Shown here piece by piece: positions 1 through 10,068 of a DNA stretch of 64,000 nucleotides. The DNA comes from a virus. Under the pieces are notes generated by a model, which did no database searches, was not told the origin of the DNA, and saw only the letters and a program-made list of their open reading frames with translations. Made by a program: the position numbers and the translations under genes. The stretch is from positions 1 through 64,000 of IMG/VR virus record IMGVR_UViG_3300044904_000056; one strand, 5' to 3'. Numbering within the stretch: position 1 is the first letter of the stretch; each line of letters opens with the position of its first letter.

Positions 1-1302
1 TGGATAAGTTCCTGCATACAACATACGTAGAGAAATGTTGTTAGTAGCAACATTGGAAAGAACATCTCGATGCATGAAAGACGGAACAATCCAACCCGTT
101 GAGGTATTCACCTGCGTATAAATTTGAAACCACGGACCGGCAGGTGTAGGAGCTTCGTAGAAATACCAAACATCAGAGCCACTCGATGACGGAACGTTAT
201 CTAACAAGACATAACGATTAATCGTAGGGACAAAGAATACGCGACCACCATAACCGTTGAAAACAGTCGTGTAAATCGCCGTTTTACCGGTATCAGAAGC
301 GGTCCAATTCGTATCGGTAACGAAATCAGTAGGTGTTGGGTAAGCCGGACCTATCCAATACTGAAACGAGGCGGAATTTTGTGCATCAAACTGAATTCTA
401 GGAATCCGCATCAAGTATAGATGCGTTAAATCAGCCGAATCCCGAAAAGTGATGTAGACAAATCCATTTGCACCATCAATTTGATTTCCCGCTGTGTTGT
501 AACCTAGAGTACCATCGTCAGCCGCATAAAGCACTGGGTCAGAAAAGCCATAGGTAGACTGGGCATATTCATAAGTTCCTGCTGCGGGACGAGAACCATT
601 CGCATTAAAAGTTGTGGGAGTTGTCCAATTATTCCACGTCGCTCCGTGGTCCGTTGATTTGATGATGTTACCGTCCCAGTTGGCGCTTACATTGTCTTGG
701 CGATTAGTAAATACGAAAAGATTTCCGTTTATCCCAAACACACCGTAGGATTTACCCTGCATAGGAGTTCCGCCAGGTCCGTCTGTCCCATCGGAAGTAT
801 TCACACCAAGATAGTTCGAAAGAATATTAACGAGAGAACCTGCGAACGTGGTTTCGTTGGTGAATTTTCCTACTTGTAAATTCGCCCCTGCGTTGGCTGT
901 ACCAGTTAAACCATACCCATCATTCATAGATACATAGGTAGAACCATCGTTCGATACAAAACTGTATAAGGAGTCTCCACCGCTGGCATTGCCGAAAGTC
1001 CCCTGCACTCCACTATCTGTCGCCGAAAGAATTGGTATGCGAGTTTGAGCGACATTCGTGGTCACATTTTGTGGTGTGGAAGTCGTTGCGCCCGAAGTCA
1101 CGGTGCAGGAATAGAGTGTATTGGGCAAAAGTCCTGTGACGATGGCTTGGTGCGAAGTCCCACTAGCCGCTACACCATTATCAATTCCTGCCTTGGCTCC
1201 CGCGTGAATGTTGGAATCCGCAGCAATATCCGTCGTCCAAGTCGCCACGATGGTCGTGTCAGTGACAGTGTATGTAAGAGCGGAGATAACTGGGTTTGGC
1301 AT
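1..1302 (-). CDS. Putative virion/tail protein with N-terminal FN3-like domain and BNR/Asp-box motif (runs off the window)
   Basis: Not in the ORF track. ATG at 1302 follows GAGGTG and reads MPNPVISALTYTVTDTTIVATWTTD...HQAIVTGLLPNTLYSCTVTS (FN3-like), later IIKSTDHGATWNN (Asp-box). Confidence 0.6.
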   Translation of the reverse strand, partial: MPNPVISALTYTVTDTTIVATWTTDIAADSNIHAGAKAGIDNGVAASGTSHQAIVTGLLPNTLYSCTVTSGATTSTPQNVTTNVAQTRIPILSATDSGVQGTFGNASGGDSLYSFVSNDGSTYVSMNDGYGLTGTANAGANLQVGKFTNETTFAGSLVNILSNYLGVNTSDGTDGPGGTPMQGKSYGVFGINGNLFVFTNRQDNVSANWDGNIIKSTDHGATWNNWTTPTTFNANGSRPAAGTYEYAQSTYGFSDPVLYAADDGTLGYNTAGNQIDGANGFVYITFRDSADLTHLYLMRIPRIQFDAQNSASFQYWIGPAYPTPTDFVTDTNWTASDTGKTAIYTTVFNGYGGRVFFVPTINRYVLLDNVPSSSGSDVWYFYEAPTPAGPWFQIYTQVNTSTGWIVPSFMHRDVLSNVATNNISLRMLYAGTYP

Positions 1303-1332
1303 CAAAACACCTCAAGCGCAGCTAAGAGAAGG

Positions 1333-1938
1333 TTAACTCTCAACGTAAGAATGAATCCAATGAAAGGCTTTGCAAACCTCCGCTTCGGAGGTTCCGAATC
1401 TCTTGACTACCCAGCCTTTCTTCCTGAGCTTTCGATCTCGCTTGGCATAATCAGTTAGATTGATTGAATGCCAATACGCACCATCCAGCTCAATACAAAT
1501 TTTTCGATTCGGGTCCGCAACATCGAGTGAATACCTTCCAAAAGGGACTTCCAGCCTAAATCCTTTAATCCCAGCTCTACAGAGTTTCCTCAAAAGGGAT
1601 TTCTGAGGTTTAGAAGGCCTCTGTCTCAGAATACCAGATTCTCTCCACTTTTCTGCTTGCCTCTTCATTTGAAGAGATGCAGCCTTGTGTTCCGACTTCT
1701 TCTCCCATCTTCGGCCAAGACCTTCCTGAAGTCCTTTTATGGCGTTCCTTTTGTACTCAGGGTCACTCATTCTAGATTTCATCACAGGCCGCATACGCTT
1801 AGCCTGGGCCTCTCTTTTCTCAGGAGTCCAAGAGTCTTTCATTCGTCTGTGCCATTCCGGGCTTCTTAAATGATCTCTGTGAGCCTCTTTCCAAGCCGTT
1901 CCTGTTAGATAAGGCATATAAACTCTACGACTCCACAT
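1333..1938 (-). CDS. DUF559/Vsr-like endonuclease with basic helical N-terminal repeats (homing-endonuclease-like)
   Basis: EVPFGRYSLDVA...IELDGAYWH...DRKLRKKGWVVKRF. Confidence 0.75.
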   Translation of the reverse strand: MWSRRVYMPYLTGTAWKEAHRDHLRSPEWHRRMKDSWTPEKREAQAKRMRPVMKSRMSDPEYKRNAIKGLQEGLGRRWEKKSEHKAASLQMKRQAEKWRESGILRQRPSKPQKSLLRKLCRAGIKGFRLEVPFGRYSLDVADPNRKICIELDGAYWHSINLTDYAKRDRKLRKKGWVVKRFGTSEAEVCKAFHWIHSYVES

Positions 1939-2473
1939 ATCTATAAGTCACAGTCAGCGCAGTGATTGGACCCGCACCACCAGCATAGGTGCTGTCCAGA
2001 GCCATCTGGGTTTCAAGAAAGTCCTGACTCCCTTCCCCTGTGTTGGGATTGCTGAGAACAGTTCCCGCGTTAATGGCCAGAGGAGAGCTTGACGTGTACA
2101 GAGTCGCAAGATTGGCAGCCCGGTTTGGAGCTGTGTCTGTAAATCCGGTGATGCCGCTCTGGTCTGCAGAAGTAGCTACTACATAGATACCAACAGACTG
2201 GACTCGGGCATACACATACTGTCCTGTAGCAGGTGTTCCAGTTAGAAACCAGACCAAATCTGAAATCGCCCCGAGAGGTGGAGTAGTCCAGTTCTCCTTG
2301 GAGGACTTCCTCCAACCGAAACTCAAGCCGGTCAGAGGGACAGGAATCGGGTTGTTGGCATCCTGAATGTCGTTATCTGCCTGCTTATGGCGGACAGTAG
2401 AGCCTGTTACGTCACCACCGGCACTGCCTGGTGAAGCTCCGTGATAGTAGCGTGTTTGTTGGCTAGCAGACAT
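1925..2473 (-). CDS. Putative virion structural protein
   Basis: G/T/A/S-rich composition and position next to the putative tail gene. Confidence 0.45.
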   Translation of the reverse strand: MSASQQTRYYHGASPGSAGGDVTGSTVRHKQADNDIQDANNPIPVPLTGLSFGWRKSSKENWTTPPLGAISDLVWFLTGTPATGQYVYARVQSVGIYVVATSADQSGITGFTDTAPNRAANLATLYTSSSPLAINAGTVLSNPNTGEGSQDFLETQMALDSTYAGGAGPITALTVTYRYVES

Positions 2474-2476
2474 TTC

Positions 2477-2953
2477 TCACTCTCCTTCATACGAAATGTG
2501 GACTGTACTACTCAAAGTTATCTTTCCGCTGGGGCTGACAATCGTCAGAAATTTGTCTCCTGTTTTAGTCTCGACACCGATAATATGCCGAGAGATTTTC
2601 ATCTTCAAAGTCGCGTTGTCATCTGTAAGCCAGTGAGCAATAAACCTCTCCCCAAGGTCTAGCCGGATGCGGCATTCGATGATACTTTGCAGAGGGGTGT
2701 GCTGCTTAGCAAACGCGGTAGGAATCAGGGAGAATCTCATCACGCGTTCCCGGTCGAGGCTAGAAGTCGAGATAGCTAGATTCAAATCGGGAACAAAACT
2801 GGCATCCTTAACTGCTCTCATCATGACGTGTTCTTCAAATTGGCAGGCAGGCTTTCCATCGTTGTAGAGAGCCTCCCATACAAAGAGCAGCTTTCCTCCG
2901 TCTGTCTTTCCAAGAACGAAAGCTCCCAGCGGACTCAAGTACCATCGCTCCAT
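2477..2953 (-). CDS. Hypothetical protein
   Basis: Tightly packed ORF on the coding strand. Confidence 0.6.
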   Translation of the reverse strand: MERWYLSPLGAFVLGKTDGGKLLFVWEALYNDGKPACQFEEHVMMRAVKDASFVPDLNLAISTSSLDRERVMRFSLIPTAFAKQHTPLQSIIECRIRLDLGERFIAHWLTDDNATLKMKISRHIIGVETKTGDKFLTIVSPSGKITLSSTVHISYEGE

Positions 2954-2955
2954 AA

Positions 2956-4278
2956 TTAGTGTTTCCTCCTCTTCTGATACACAATCTTGCCGAAATGTCC
3001 AGACTTATTATTTGATTCAAGGACTTCAACGCTCTTCACTCTTCGCAGTTTTCCCTTCCTTAGTGCGTAGACCGGGATACCTTTCTTGATGGCATGGCGA
3101 GCTTCTGAATAGACACCCGTAGTCAGTTTCTTGCCACGAGTAGGTTTGATGACGACAGCTTTCGCCCGGTCTATCTTCTCGTGAAAGTAGCCCATCCCCA
3201 ATTCAGCATGTCGCTTCGTTTTAGAAAAGTCAACCCGGTCACCCTCGAATGCTTCCCGGATTGTCTCTAAGTCACGGTCTTCGGCATCCGTTCCGTAGCG
3301 GCCTATTTCCCTCGCGTAATAGATTCCCTTGGACCTGCGAGACTCCCGAAGGAAAGAGCCTACACGCGACTCAAATGTCCTAGCTTCTCTCCGTCTCCGG
3401 GGAGGCCTATCGGTTGCTAAGGAATGCTTCCCTGTCTTCCTGTCCGTCTGAAGGTGGGCTTTCTGTCCGGAAGGAGAACGGACGATAGAAGAGACCATAT
3501 CAGTAGCCCCACCAAGCCCAGCCATACGGGCAAACGACTTTAGAATAGTCCACCCCAGCTCTTTGAGAGCCTGCAAAGCTTCCCCATGATGCTCAGCACT
3601 AGACCTAGCCGGCAGTCCTTGTTGATTTCTCTGCTGGGCTTCAGCCTGTTGCTTCGCATGAAGGCCATTCAAAGCTTTGAGAGTTCCGTGCGTAGCAGAC
3701 ATCATGGACATCGTTTTCGGGTCGTTTGCTAAGTCCCGTTTCTGGATAGGTTTGTTCTTCTGAACAGCGTGCCTACCGTGAGCACTCTTCGGACTCTTTC
3801 CGCCTCTAGCTCCTGGTTTCTCTACGTCTTTCCGGACGTGACGAATGCCCCACTTCATTCCTTTCACTCCGTGTTCCAGCATGTCCTCAGGGAGCTGGAG
3901 TGAAGCTGCTTCTTTTGACTTCTGAAAACCACTCCACCCTTTAATCAAACCCTCTTTTTCCAATTTGTCGAACGCTTTTTGATAAGGAATTCCGAGAGTC
4001 TTCGCAATCTTATCAATGCTATACCCTGCTTTGTATAAATCCCCAGCACCCACTCCCATTTTCTTAGTAGGCCCAGACCCTGGACCTCCTTCCCGGACTT
4101 CCGGATTCACCATTTGGTCCTGATGGTGTCCGAGAATCGCCTTCTTCATCGACTGGTCTAGTCCGGTAGCTCCAACGTGTGTTGGGATAGATTCGCGCAG
4201 CCGAGAACCTAGCACCTCCGCAAATTTATCAAGAGCCTCCTGCCCTCTGTAAAATGTCCTTCCCTGCTCATCAAACAT
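2956..4278 (-). CDS. Putative head-associated/internal virion protein
   Basis: EGGPGSG and HGVKGMKWGIRH motifs seen in phage head-region proteins; many (L/F/I/V)xE(A/S/G) sites. Confidence 0.5.
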   Translation of the reverse strand: MFDEQGRTFYRGQEALDKFAEVLGSRLRESIPTHVGATGLDQSMKKAILGHHQDQMVNPEVREGGPGSGPTKKMGVGAGDLYKAGYSIDKIAKTLGIPYQKAFDKLEKEGLIKGWSGFQKSKEAASLQLPEDMLEHGVKGMKWGIRHVRKDVEKPGARGGKSPKSAHGRHAVQKNKPIQKRDLANDPKTMSMMSATHGTLKALNGLHAKQQAEAQQRNQQGLPARSSAEHHGEALQALKELGWTILKSFARMAGLGGATDMVSSIVRSPSGQKAHLQTDRKTGKHSLATDRPPRRRREARTFESRVGSFLRESRRSKGIYYAREIGRYGTDAEDRDLETIREAFEGDRVDFSKTKRHAELGMGYFHEKIDRAKAVVIKPTRGKKLTTGVYSEARHAIKKGIPVYALRKGKLRRVKSVEVLESNNKSGHFGKIVYQKRRKH

Positions 4279-4289
4279 ACAGCAGCCCT

Positions 4290-5054
4290 CTACGCTGCGA
4301 TTTGTAGTAAATCGTGTTCAAGAGTCGCAAGATCCAACCCTGCCGGGTCCACGTTACTCGTAGCGTCAAGAAAGTCAGGGCTGATAATCGCGTAACACTC
4401 GGAGCCATATTCCATCCAGAATCGCTTCGTCAGCCTCTGTGTCGTGCCCCAAGTAACGCAGGTGATAAGATCACTCTCATCAAAGTCAAAGAAGGGCACG
4501 CAATGTCCACCCCAGCTTCCGGGCTGGTTATTGTCAGGGTCAGCGCTTACCACATCCCAGACTGCCTGGTTCTGCGCAGTCCTTGGGAGCTCAATTCCGG
4601 TGTAGACTCCGCCAAATAGCCAGATAGCAAGCTTCAGGTGTTCCCAGTTTGTCGGGTCAATCGAAACGTAGGAGGAAATCTTCTCCCCACCAAAGCCAAC
4701 CTTCTTGGCATAGTTCAGAACGGTCAGCTCATCCCCACCTTGGTCTGTTGTAGGGTCAGCCGGATTGTAGCCACAGGAGGCTTCATAGAAAGCTAGAGTA
4801 TCCGCATCAGTAGGGATGTAAGGGGCTTTCCCAACTGCTTTCGTCCAGAGCTGACGCATATGTCCAAGTCCAGCAGCGGTGCAGTCCCCAAGGTCGTTGT
4901 TTAGGAGCATCGGCCAGCTCGCAACAAGGATAGACCAGCTGTACTTGGTAGGAGGCGGGGGAAGATCGGGGGTCAGATATCTCGCTAACCTCAGAGTTCT
5001 AGCATCGTGCCGGACAGATTTTTTGCCCAATCGCATTTCTGATTGGTTCAACAT
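4290..5054 (-). CDS. Papain-like cysteine peptidase
   Basis: NNDLGDCTAAG (Cys), GGHCV (His), CVTWG. Confidence 0.7.
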   Translation of the reverse strand: MLNQSEMRLGKKSVRHDARTLRLARYLTPDLPPPPTKYSWSILVASWPMLLNNDLGDCTAAGLGHMRQLWTKAVGKAPYIPTDADTLAFYEASCGYNPADPTTDQGGDELTVLNYAKKVGFGGEKISSYVSIDPTNWEHLKLAIWLFGGVYTGIELPRTAQNQAVWDVVSADPDNNQPGSWGGHCVPFFDFDESDLITCVTWGTTQRLTKRFWMEYGSECYAIISPDFLDATSNVDPAGLDLATLEHDLLQIAA

Positions 5055-5055
5055 T

Positions 5056-5802
5056 TTAGCCTCCTAACTCTGACTTTTTGGCCAACCAAGACCTCGTAAT
5101 AGCCTCAGAATGGTGCCGACGGTATTCCGGGTCCAAAAATCGTTTCTTTGTTGATTCACTTTCCTTACGACGGGATTCCTTTGACCAGATTCTGCAGCTA
5201 TTTGCCTCGCCAATCTTGCGACAAGTTTCCTCTCCAAGATGTCTACCAATACGAGCTTTGGACATTTTTATACGAGTTTCCTGGGAAACTTTGTGGCCTT
5301 TGTTCGCTTCGCTGATCTTGAGACAATGCTCTTTAGACAGTTTCTTTCCTTTATGGGCTTTGCTAATCTTGAGACGAGCCTCTTCAGAATGCCTGCGGCC
5401 CAATTGATGATTATCTTTGCCCTTCCTGAGTTCGCTCAGCTTATGGCGATGTTCTTCCGATTTTGGTTTGTCCCTCATAGCTTTAGACATCTTGCGGCGA
5501 GTTTCCTTAGAACGCCGTATTCCCTTCAGAGCCTCGCCTGATGTTCGCCCTCTAGGAAATCTAGCAACTCTGAGAATCTCTAGATATATTGCGGCTCTTC
5601 GACAAAGTTCTGGGCTGTCGCAAAAGAATCCAATCCCAGAGTTACATCTGCCACAGAGAACTCCCCGAAACCCTCCTGTTCTATGGTCGTGATCTAGGGC
5701 AGGCCTATCTGGGGTGTCATCTCCGCATATCGCACAACGGCCTTCTTGAAGTTTTAGAAAATCCTTTTTCAAATCCCGCCTTTGACGTCCTCCGTATGAC
5801 AT
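5056..5802 (-). CDS. Endonuclease VII-type HNH homing endonuclease with NUMOD3 repeats
   Basis: CAIC...LDHDH.TG..RGVLC..CN.G.G followed by repeated HSEEARLKISKA-type units. Confidence 0.85.
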   Translation of the reverse strand: MSYGGRQRRDLKKDFLKLQEGRCAICGDDTPDRPALDHDHRTGGFRGVLCGRCNSGIGFFCDSPELCRRAAIYLEILRVARFPRGRTSGEALKGIRRSKETRRKMSKAMRDKPKSEEHRHKLSELRKGKDNHQLGRRHSEEARLKISKAHKGKKLSKEHCLKISEANKGHKVSQETRIKMSKARIGRHLGEETCRKIGEANSCRIWSKESRRKESESTKKRFLDPEYRRHHSEAITRSWLAKKSELGG

Positions 5803-5818
5803 TCAGAGTCTCCTTGGA

Positions 5819-6139
5819 TTAGATTGCGTTTACAACAACTGCGTAAGTCGGAACAGACACTCCATTAACAATCGCGTTCCCCCCAGTAGGGTGTAGTTTG
5901 AACCTCAACCCCTCGTGCTCAACGCTTACATCATCCGCCCCAGTAGATGCTGTTGTCGTAAGAGCGAATGTTCCATCACCGTTGTCGTGCGCGAGAACCC
6001 GGTAGCCTTGCACTTCTAGAGTTTGATCTGCCACTCCTGCACCTCCTGAAATGTCGTGAGTGGAAATGGAAAATGTCCCATCCCCCAAATCTTTCGCCTT
6101 GAATCTCAAGCATTGGAATTCTACAGTCAGGTCGCTCAT
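5819..6139 (-). CDS. Hypothetical protein with three internal beta-hairpin repeats
   Basis: Repeats of D.TVE..G.RF.A.D.GDGTF; likely start MSDLT at 6139. Confidence 0.6.
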   Translation of the reverse strand: MSDLTVEFQCLRFKAKDLGDGTFSISTHDISGGAGVADQTLEVQGYRVLAHDNGDGTFALTTTASTGADDVSVEHEGLRFKLHPTGGNAIVNGVSVPTYAVVVNAI

Positions 6140-6387
6140 TTCATTTCCCACCAGTCTGAGCAGTAAGAATCAGCTTCAGCGGGCAACAGATTAGAGCCAT
6201 TCCACAAGATAAAATACTTGTTCGTGCAACTCTTTCCATCCTTGCCTAGATATTCACAGTTTGCGCAACAGGAGCCACCCTTCGGCACTTTCATTCCAGG
6301 CTGATGATCAACAGGATACTTTACAGTACCACCAACCTCCCGGAAATCGCTGAACGTTGCTTCTCGGAGGCGTCGAATCAAATTCAA
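6136..6387 (-). CDS. Small Cys-rich protein
   Basis: CANC...C...YCSDWW pattern; N-terminal RLREA. Confidence 0.55.
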   Translation of the reverse strand: MNLIRRLREATFSDFREVGGTVKYPVDHQPGMKVPKGGSCCANCEYLGKDGKSCTNKYFILWNGSNLLPAEADSYCSDWWEMK

Positions 6388-6854
6388 TCCTTGTTGTACT
6401 GCGACCAGGAGACGGCATAGGGGTTGTCTACACCTGGAACTTTCTTGAGGGCCTTTACCTGCTCTTCCCTCCCTGGAGGCGCTTTCTCTCGGGCGCAGGC
6501 TTCCTTGTAGAATCGGGATAGCCTTGCTCCAAAGGACGATTCAGCAACGCGGATTCCCTTGTTCGGTGCAGAGACAGGTGTGTATGCTTCCCCAAGAGGA
6601 CCACGCTTGCCTTTCTTCGCATCCTTCCGGAGGTTCTCAGGCTTCGCAGCAGCCGTCATCTTCTTTTTCTTAAAGCCTCGGGGATTCTGAGTGCCCATTG
6701 ATTCCTGGTTGATCTTCTTTGCAGGCTTCTTAGGGCGCAGGAATTTCATCCCTGCTTCCCGAAGCTGTCGGATCATTCCACCACCAGCAGAGGCAGGAAA
6801 CATCGGGCCAGGATCATCGTACGGGTTGTCATTTACAGGAAAAATCGTAATCAC
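6384..6854 (-). CDS. Hypothetical protein, possibly internal head protein
   Basis: AAGGAG RBS; LREA, QES, KEA sites; C-terminal VDNPYAVSW. Confidence 0.55.
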   Translation of the reverse strand: MITIFPVNDNPYDDPGPMFPASAGGGMIRQLREAGMKFLRPKKPAKKINQESMGTQNPRGFKKKKMTAAAKPENLRKDAKKGKRGPLGEAYTPVSAPNKGIRVAESSFGARLSRFYKEACAREKAPPGREEQVKALKKVPGVDNPYAVSWSQYNKD

Positions 6855-6895
6855 AAGTAGCGGCTCCTTGCCTAACCTAATTTACCTTTACAGAC

Positions 6896-6934
6896 AAAAA
6901 AGAAAGGGGTGAACCTTTCGGCCACCCCTCTCTT
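6896..6934 (-). terminator. Rho-independent terminator
   Basis: AGGGGTG/CACCCCT stem followed by a U-tract on the minus strand. Confidence 0.7.
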
Positions 6935-6962
6935 CAATACTGATTAGACCAATAGATTCTTG

Positions 6963-7328
6963 TTAGGCAGGGACGCCGAACAGGATGCCTTCGGTCTTGA
7001 CCAGGCTGGGGTCAATCTCAATCGTGTCAGCCGCATCAGGAATACCGGAATCGCTTCCGTCTGCATTCGAGATATGCGACGTGATTGCAATTGGCTTGAG
7101 TGGGTTCGCGGGAGGATTGGCAGACGCAGCCTTTCCACTTGCGATAGAGGGTGAACCATCTGGAGCCGGACGGAGAGTGGTGTCGGGGGTGAGAACAACC
7201 GTTGTCGGGTCAGCCGATGTTACTGCCACCGTCTGTCCTGCAACAAGTTGGTCGCTCTTCAATCCGTGATCATCCGTGCCGGAGACGAAGTAATCAACTG
7301 AAAGATTGTCTGGCATTTTCAAAGGCAT
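6963..7328 (-). CDS. Ig-like domain protein
   Basis: VAVTSADPTTVVL and beta-rich composition. Confidence 0.5.
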   Translation of the reverse strand: MPLKMPDNLSVDYFVSGTDDHGLKSDQLVAGQTVAVTSADPTTVVLTPDTTLRPAPDGSPSIASGKAASANPPANPLKPIAITSHISNADGSDSGIPDAADTIEIDPSLVKTEGILFGVPA

Positions 7329-7357
7329 AGTTTTGTTTCCTCTCGTTTCTGATTTTA

Positions 7358-7609
7358 CTACTTTGGCACCGCAAAGATAATCGTCTGACTTGTCACCGGA
7401 CCCGGAGGAGGCGGTACCACTTCAGCGGCTATCTCTCTTAGAAGGGTTGATTGCTCATCAAGCTGTTGAGATATTCGGGCCAGACTCTCGCCTTGCTTGT
7501 CAAGCTTCTTCTCTATCTCCCTCAGCCTCTCCTTGAGGTCAGGGAGACTGCTAAGGGGAGTTAGAGCCTTCATAAGAAAATTAATGATCTCCTGCAACAG
7601 TTTGGACAT
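7358..7609 (-). CDS. Coiled-coil hypothetical protein
   Basis: Heptad-rich helix; GAGG RBS. Confidence 0.55.
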   Translation of the reverse strand: MSKLLQEIINFLMKALTPLSSLPDLKERLREIEKKLDKQGESLARISQQLDEQSTLLREIAAEVVPPPPGPVTSQTIIFAVPK

Positions 7610-7643
7610 TCTTGCCTCACTGTAAGTTTACTTACTAAATGGG

Positions 7644-8261
7644 CTACTTCAGACGGACTGTCTGCCCATTCGCTGCCATGATCGCGTTGAACTGGCTAAC
7701 GAAGTCAGCCTTGTTCTTCGCCGGAGCTGTCGTGCCAATCGCAGCAGCCAGCTCTGGAGAGCGACTTGCCTTCAGCATGACCTTTGCGTTTGCCGAAACC
7801 TTTGGCTCCAGTTTGCCCTGGATACTCTTCAGTGTAGCCAGGAGCAGAGCGAATCCACCCTTCACTGCCAGAAGAATGGCTCCCGACAGGCTAACCGGGA
7901 TAGCGCTGAGAACTTGTGTAAGCCCTCCCTGCAAAGCATCCAGAGCTGCGATAACTTTGTCGAGGAGAGTTGTTGTTGGGTCTGATGTATGCTGGTAATT
8001 CGCAATAGCTGTCGAAACCGCATTCCACAGACTATCAGCAGTGCTTACTGAAACAGCGAGTACACTGCCAGCAATTGGGTTGATAAGCGACACGATGCTG
8101 TCAAATGCTGACAATCCGACAGGCATCCACGTTGTAAGTTCGTCCAGAGCGTTGCAGCCTTCAAGAACAAATACTGAACCCCCCGCAGTTGCGAGAAGCG
8201 CAGCAGACCCCAAAGTTCCTTTTCCCGAAACTTCAAAGAACTGTCTACGATTCAATTCCAT
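7644..8261 (-). CDS. Twin-arginine (Tat) signal lipoprotein
   Basis: NRRQFF, hydrophobic stretch, lipobox-like LEGC; AGGAGG RBS. Confidence 0.65.
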   Translation of the reverse strand: MELNRRQFFEVSGKGTLGSAALLATAGGSVFVLEGCNALDELTTWMPVGLSAFDSIVSLINPIAGSVLAVSVSTADSLWNAVSTAIANYQHTSDPTTTLLDKVIAALDALQGGLTQVLSAIPVSLSGAILLAVKGGFALLLATLKSIQGKLEPKVSANAKVMLKASRSPELAAAIGTTAPAKNKADFVSQFNAIMAANGQTVRLK

Positions 8262-8276
8262 TCTGTTTCCTCCTTG

Positions 8277-8660
8277 TTAGGATACTGCTTTTCCAAAAAT
8301 TCTATCCCGGAGACTAGCTCGGCCCCGGACTCCAAAAATACGCAACAAGCTAGAAACGTGAAATTTCACCGTCCTTTCGCTTACACTCAGAGCTGAAGCT
8401 ATCTCCTTGTTACTCTGCGAACGTAGAATCCCAGACAACACTTCATTTTCCCGTTTTGTAAGGTTTGGAATTTCCTCTCCATCGTTTGTCTCCCTAACTT
8501 CTATCAGCTTCCTCGTCTTGTAGAAAGAAACTACAAGCACGAGACGTATTGGGATTTCAATCTCGCCAACGTCTGCGTCTACCGGAATCCGAATAGGTAC
8601 AATGTTAGGAAGCTTCTGAAACTTCCGTTGTTGTACTTTTTCCCTTCTCAAGCCAGACAT
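8277..8660 (-). CDS. LuxR-family HTH regulator
   Basis: LTKRENEVL...SNKEIASALSVSERTVKFHVSSLL. Confidence 0.85.
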   Translation of the reverse strand: MSGLRREKVQQRKFQKLPNIVPIRIPVDADVGEIEIPIRLVLVVSFYKTRKLIEVRETNDGEEIPNLTKRENEVLSGILRSQSNKEIASALSVSERTVKFHVSSLLRIFGVRGRASLRDRIFGKAVS

Positions 8661-9040
8661 TTTGACTCCTCTAGCCTAACAACACCCTCATCGCTATGGG
8701 CAGTAGAGACTTCCAAGACCTTACAGCCTAGCTCCATTCCAGAACTACAGAAGAATCTATGCGGAGTTTCTGGCTTGATTCTGATCGTCTCCCCTTTATG
8801 TAGGATTCTCAACATCCTTATACCCAGAGCGACTGTCTTCTGCTCAAAAGTCTCCAGATAGCAGCACCCTTCCAAAATGTGAAATGTCTCATCCTTGATT
8901 TTGTGGTAGTGTAGAGAGGAGCACCCTTTACAGTTGATATACAGAATCTTCGCGCAATAGAGTTCAGTGTTGGTAATCCAACATTCCCGGCCCCAGACCT
9001 TGTCAACTCTCTTGATGTAATCAGATACCAGAGATTCCAA
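8648..9040 (-). CDS. Cupin protein (sugar isomerase-like)
   Basis: KVWGRE...SLHYHKIKDETF...PHRF...EVST. Confidence 0.75.
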   Translation of the reverse strand: MESLVSDYIKRVDKVWGRECWITNTELYCAKILYINCKGCSSLHYHKIKDETFHILEGCCYLETFEQKTVALGIRMLRILHKGETIRIKPETPHRFFCSSGMELGCKVLEVSTAHSDEGVVRLEESKCLA

Positions 9041-9308
9041 ATGCTACTCCTTCGCGGATTGTAAAAGCTGCCCTGCAGTTACCACAGTGTACGCTGCCTT
9101 CTAACGTCAACGGATTCTTCTTCAAGACCTTCCTAGCCAACGGAGGGTATGGAGCCTCAGAATCGCAGAACGGGCAGCGCATTACGAGAACAGGAAGCCC
9201 AAACGTCTCTGTGAAGGCGTAATCACCTTGATTCTCCAGCTTTTGCCAGTCAGTCTTGTATTGCAGAGGGGCTAGGCTATTCTTTCTCTCTACAAATAAG
9301 TTACTCAT
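9021..9308 (-). CDS. Zn-ribbon hypothetical protein
   Basis: CPFC...PLTLEGSVHCGNC. Confidence 0.55.
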   Translation of the reverse strand: MSNLFVERKNSLAPLQYKTDWQKLENQGDYAFTETFGLPVLVMRCPFCDSEAPYPPLARKVLKKNPLTLEGSVHCGNCRAAFTIREGVAFGISGI

Positions 9309-10068
9309 AAAGTTCTTCTGGTTTGACTACATACGTCCCCAAATGCCGGACAGATATCCCTGCTGCCTTGTTAGCGTACTCTGCCGCTTTTATCATCAAC
9401 TCCTGTTCTGTGTAGCCATCATGTTCTTTCATCAACCACTCGTATACGAAGGCTGCCATGAAAACATCCCCTGCCCCAGAGACATCATAAACTTGCTGCT
9501 GCTTTGTAGGTACAGGGGTTTTATTCACTGTACAACCCCGAGGCCCTAACTTACGAATCACATTCAGATAGTCTCCGTGGTTCAGGTCAAGATGTTCATC
9601 CTCATTCGGGAATATAAAAGTAGCTCCCTTCCACCAATCAAGATTGTGCTTAGAATCAACAAATGTAGGAAGGCCGATACCTAGAATGTCCTTAGCAAAC
9701 TGGGAGAAGAAAGTCCCTTTCCCATAATCGCTTATGACTATAGCTTCACAATTAAATTTGAGACAGAGGATTTCATCCCACAAGTACGCAGAATTTGCTA
9801 ATCGAAAACTGTCCCGGTCTATCCGACAGATCAGAGTGCGCTCTGCAAATACCCTAAGCTTTTCACTCACACTCCCGTGGAGGTAGCCTACTACATTACT
9901 CGATTTGAAGAGGGCACGCAGCTGGTCTACCACAAGACCAGCGCCACCTTCACTAGAAGTTTCCTTTTCAACATACAGAACAGGCGCGCAGGCTTCTGGG
10001 CAGAGGCGGGTTGCCTTGCACCATCTGTAGTTGTCAATAATCCGATCACCAATCACGAGTATTCTCAT
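9301..10068 (-). CDS. PfkB-family sugar kinase, HldA/RfaE heptose-7-phosphate kinase-like
   Basis: Start MRILVIGD at 10068; RLCPEA, GGAG, ISDYGKG, PNEDE, DVSGAGD. Confidence 0.85.
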   Translation of the reverse strand: MRILVIGDRIIDNYRWCKATRLCPEACAPVLYVEKETSSEGGAGLVVDQLRALFKSSNVVGYLHGSVSEKLRVFAERTLICRIDRDSFRLANSAYLWDEILCLKFNCEAIVISDYGKGTFFSQFAKDILGIGLPTFVDSKHNLDWWKGATFIFPNEDEHLDLNHGDYLNVIRKLGPRGCTVNKTPVPTKQQQVYDVSGAGDVFMAAFVYEWLMKEHDGYTEQELMIKAAEYANKAAGISVRHLGTYVVKPEELYE

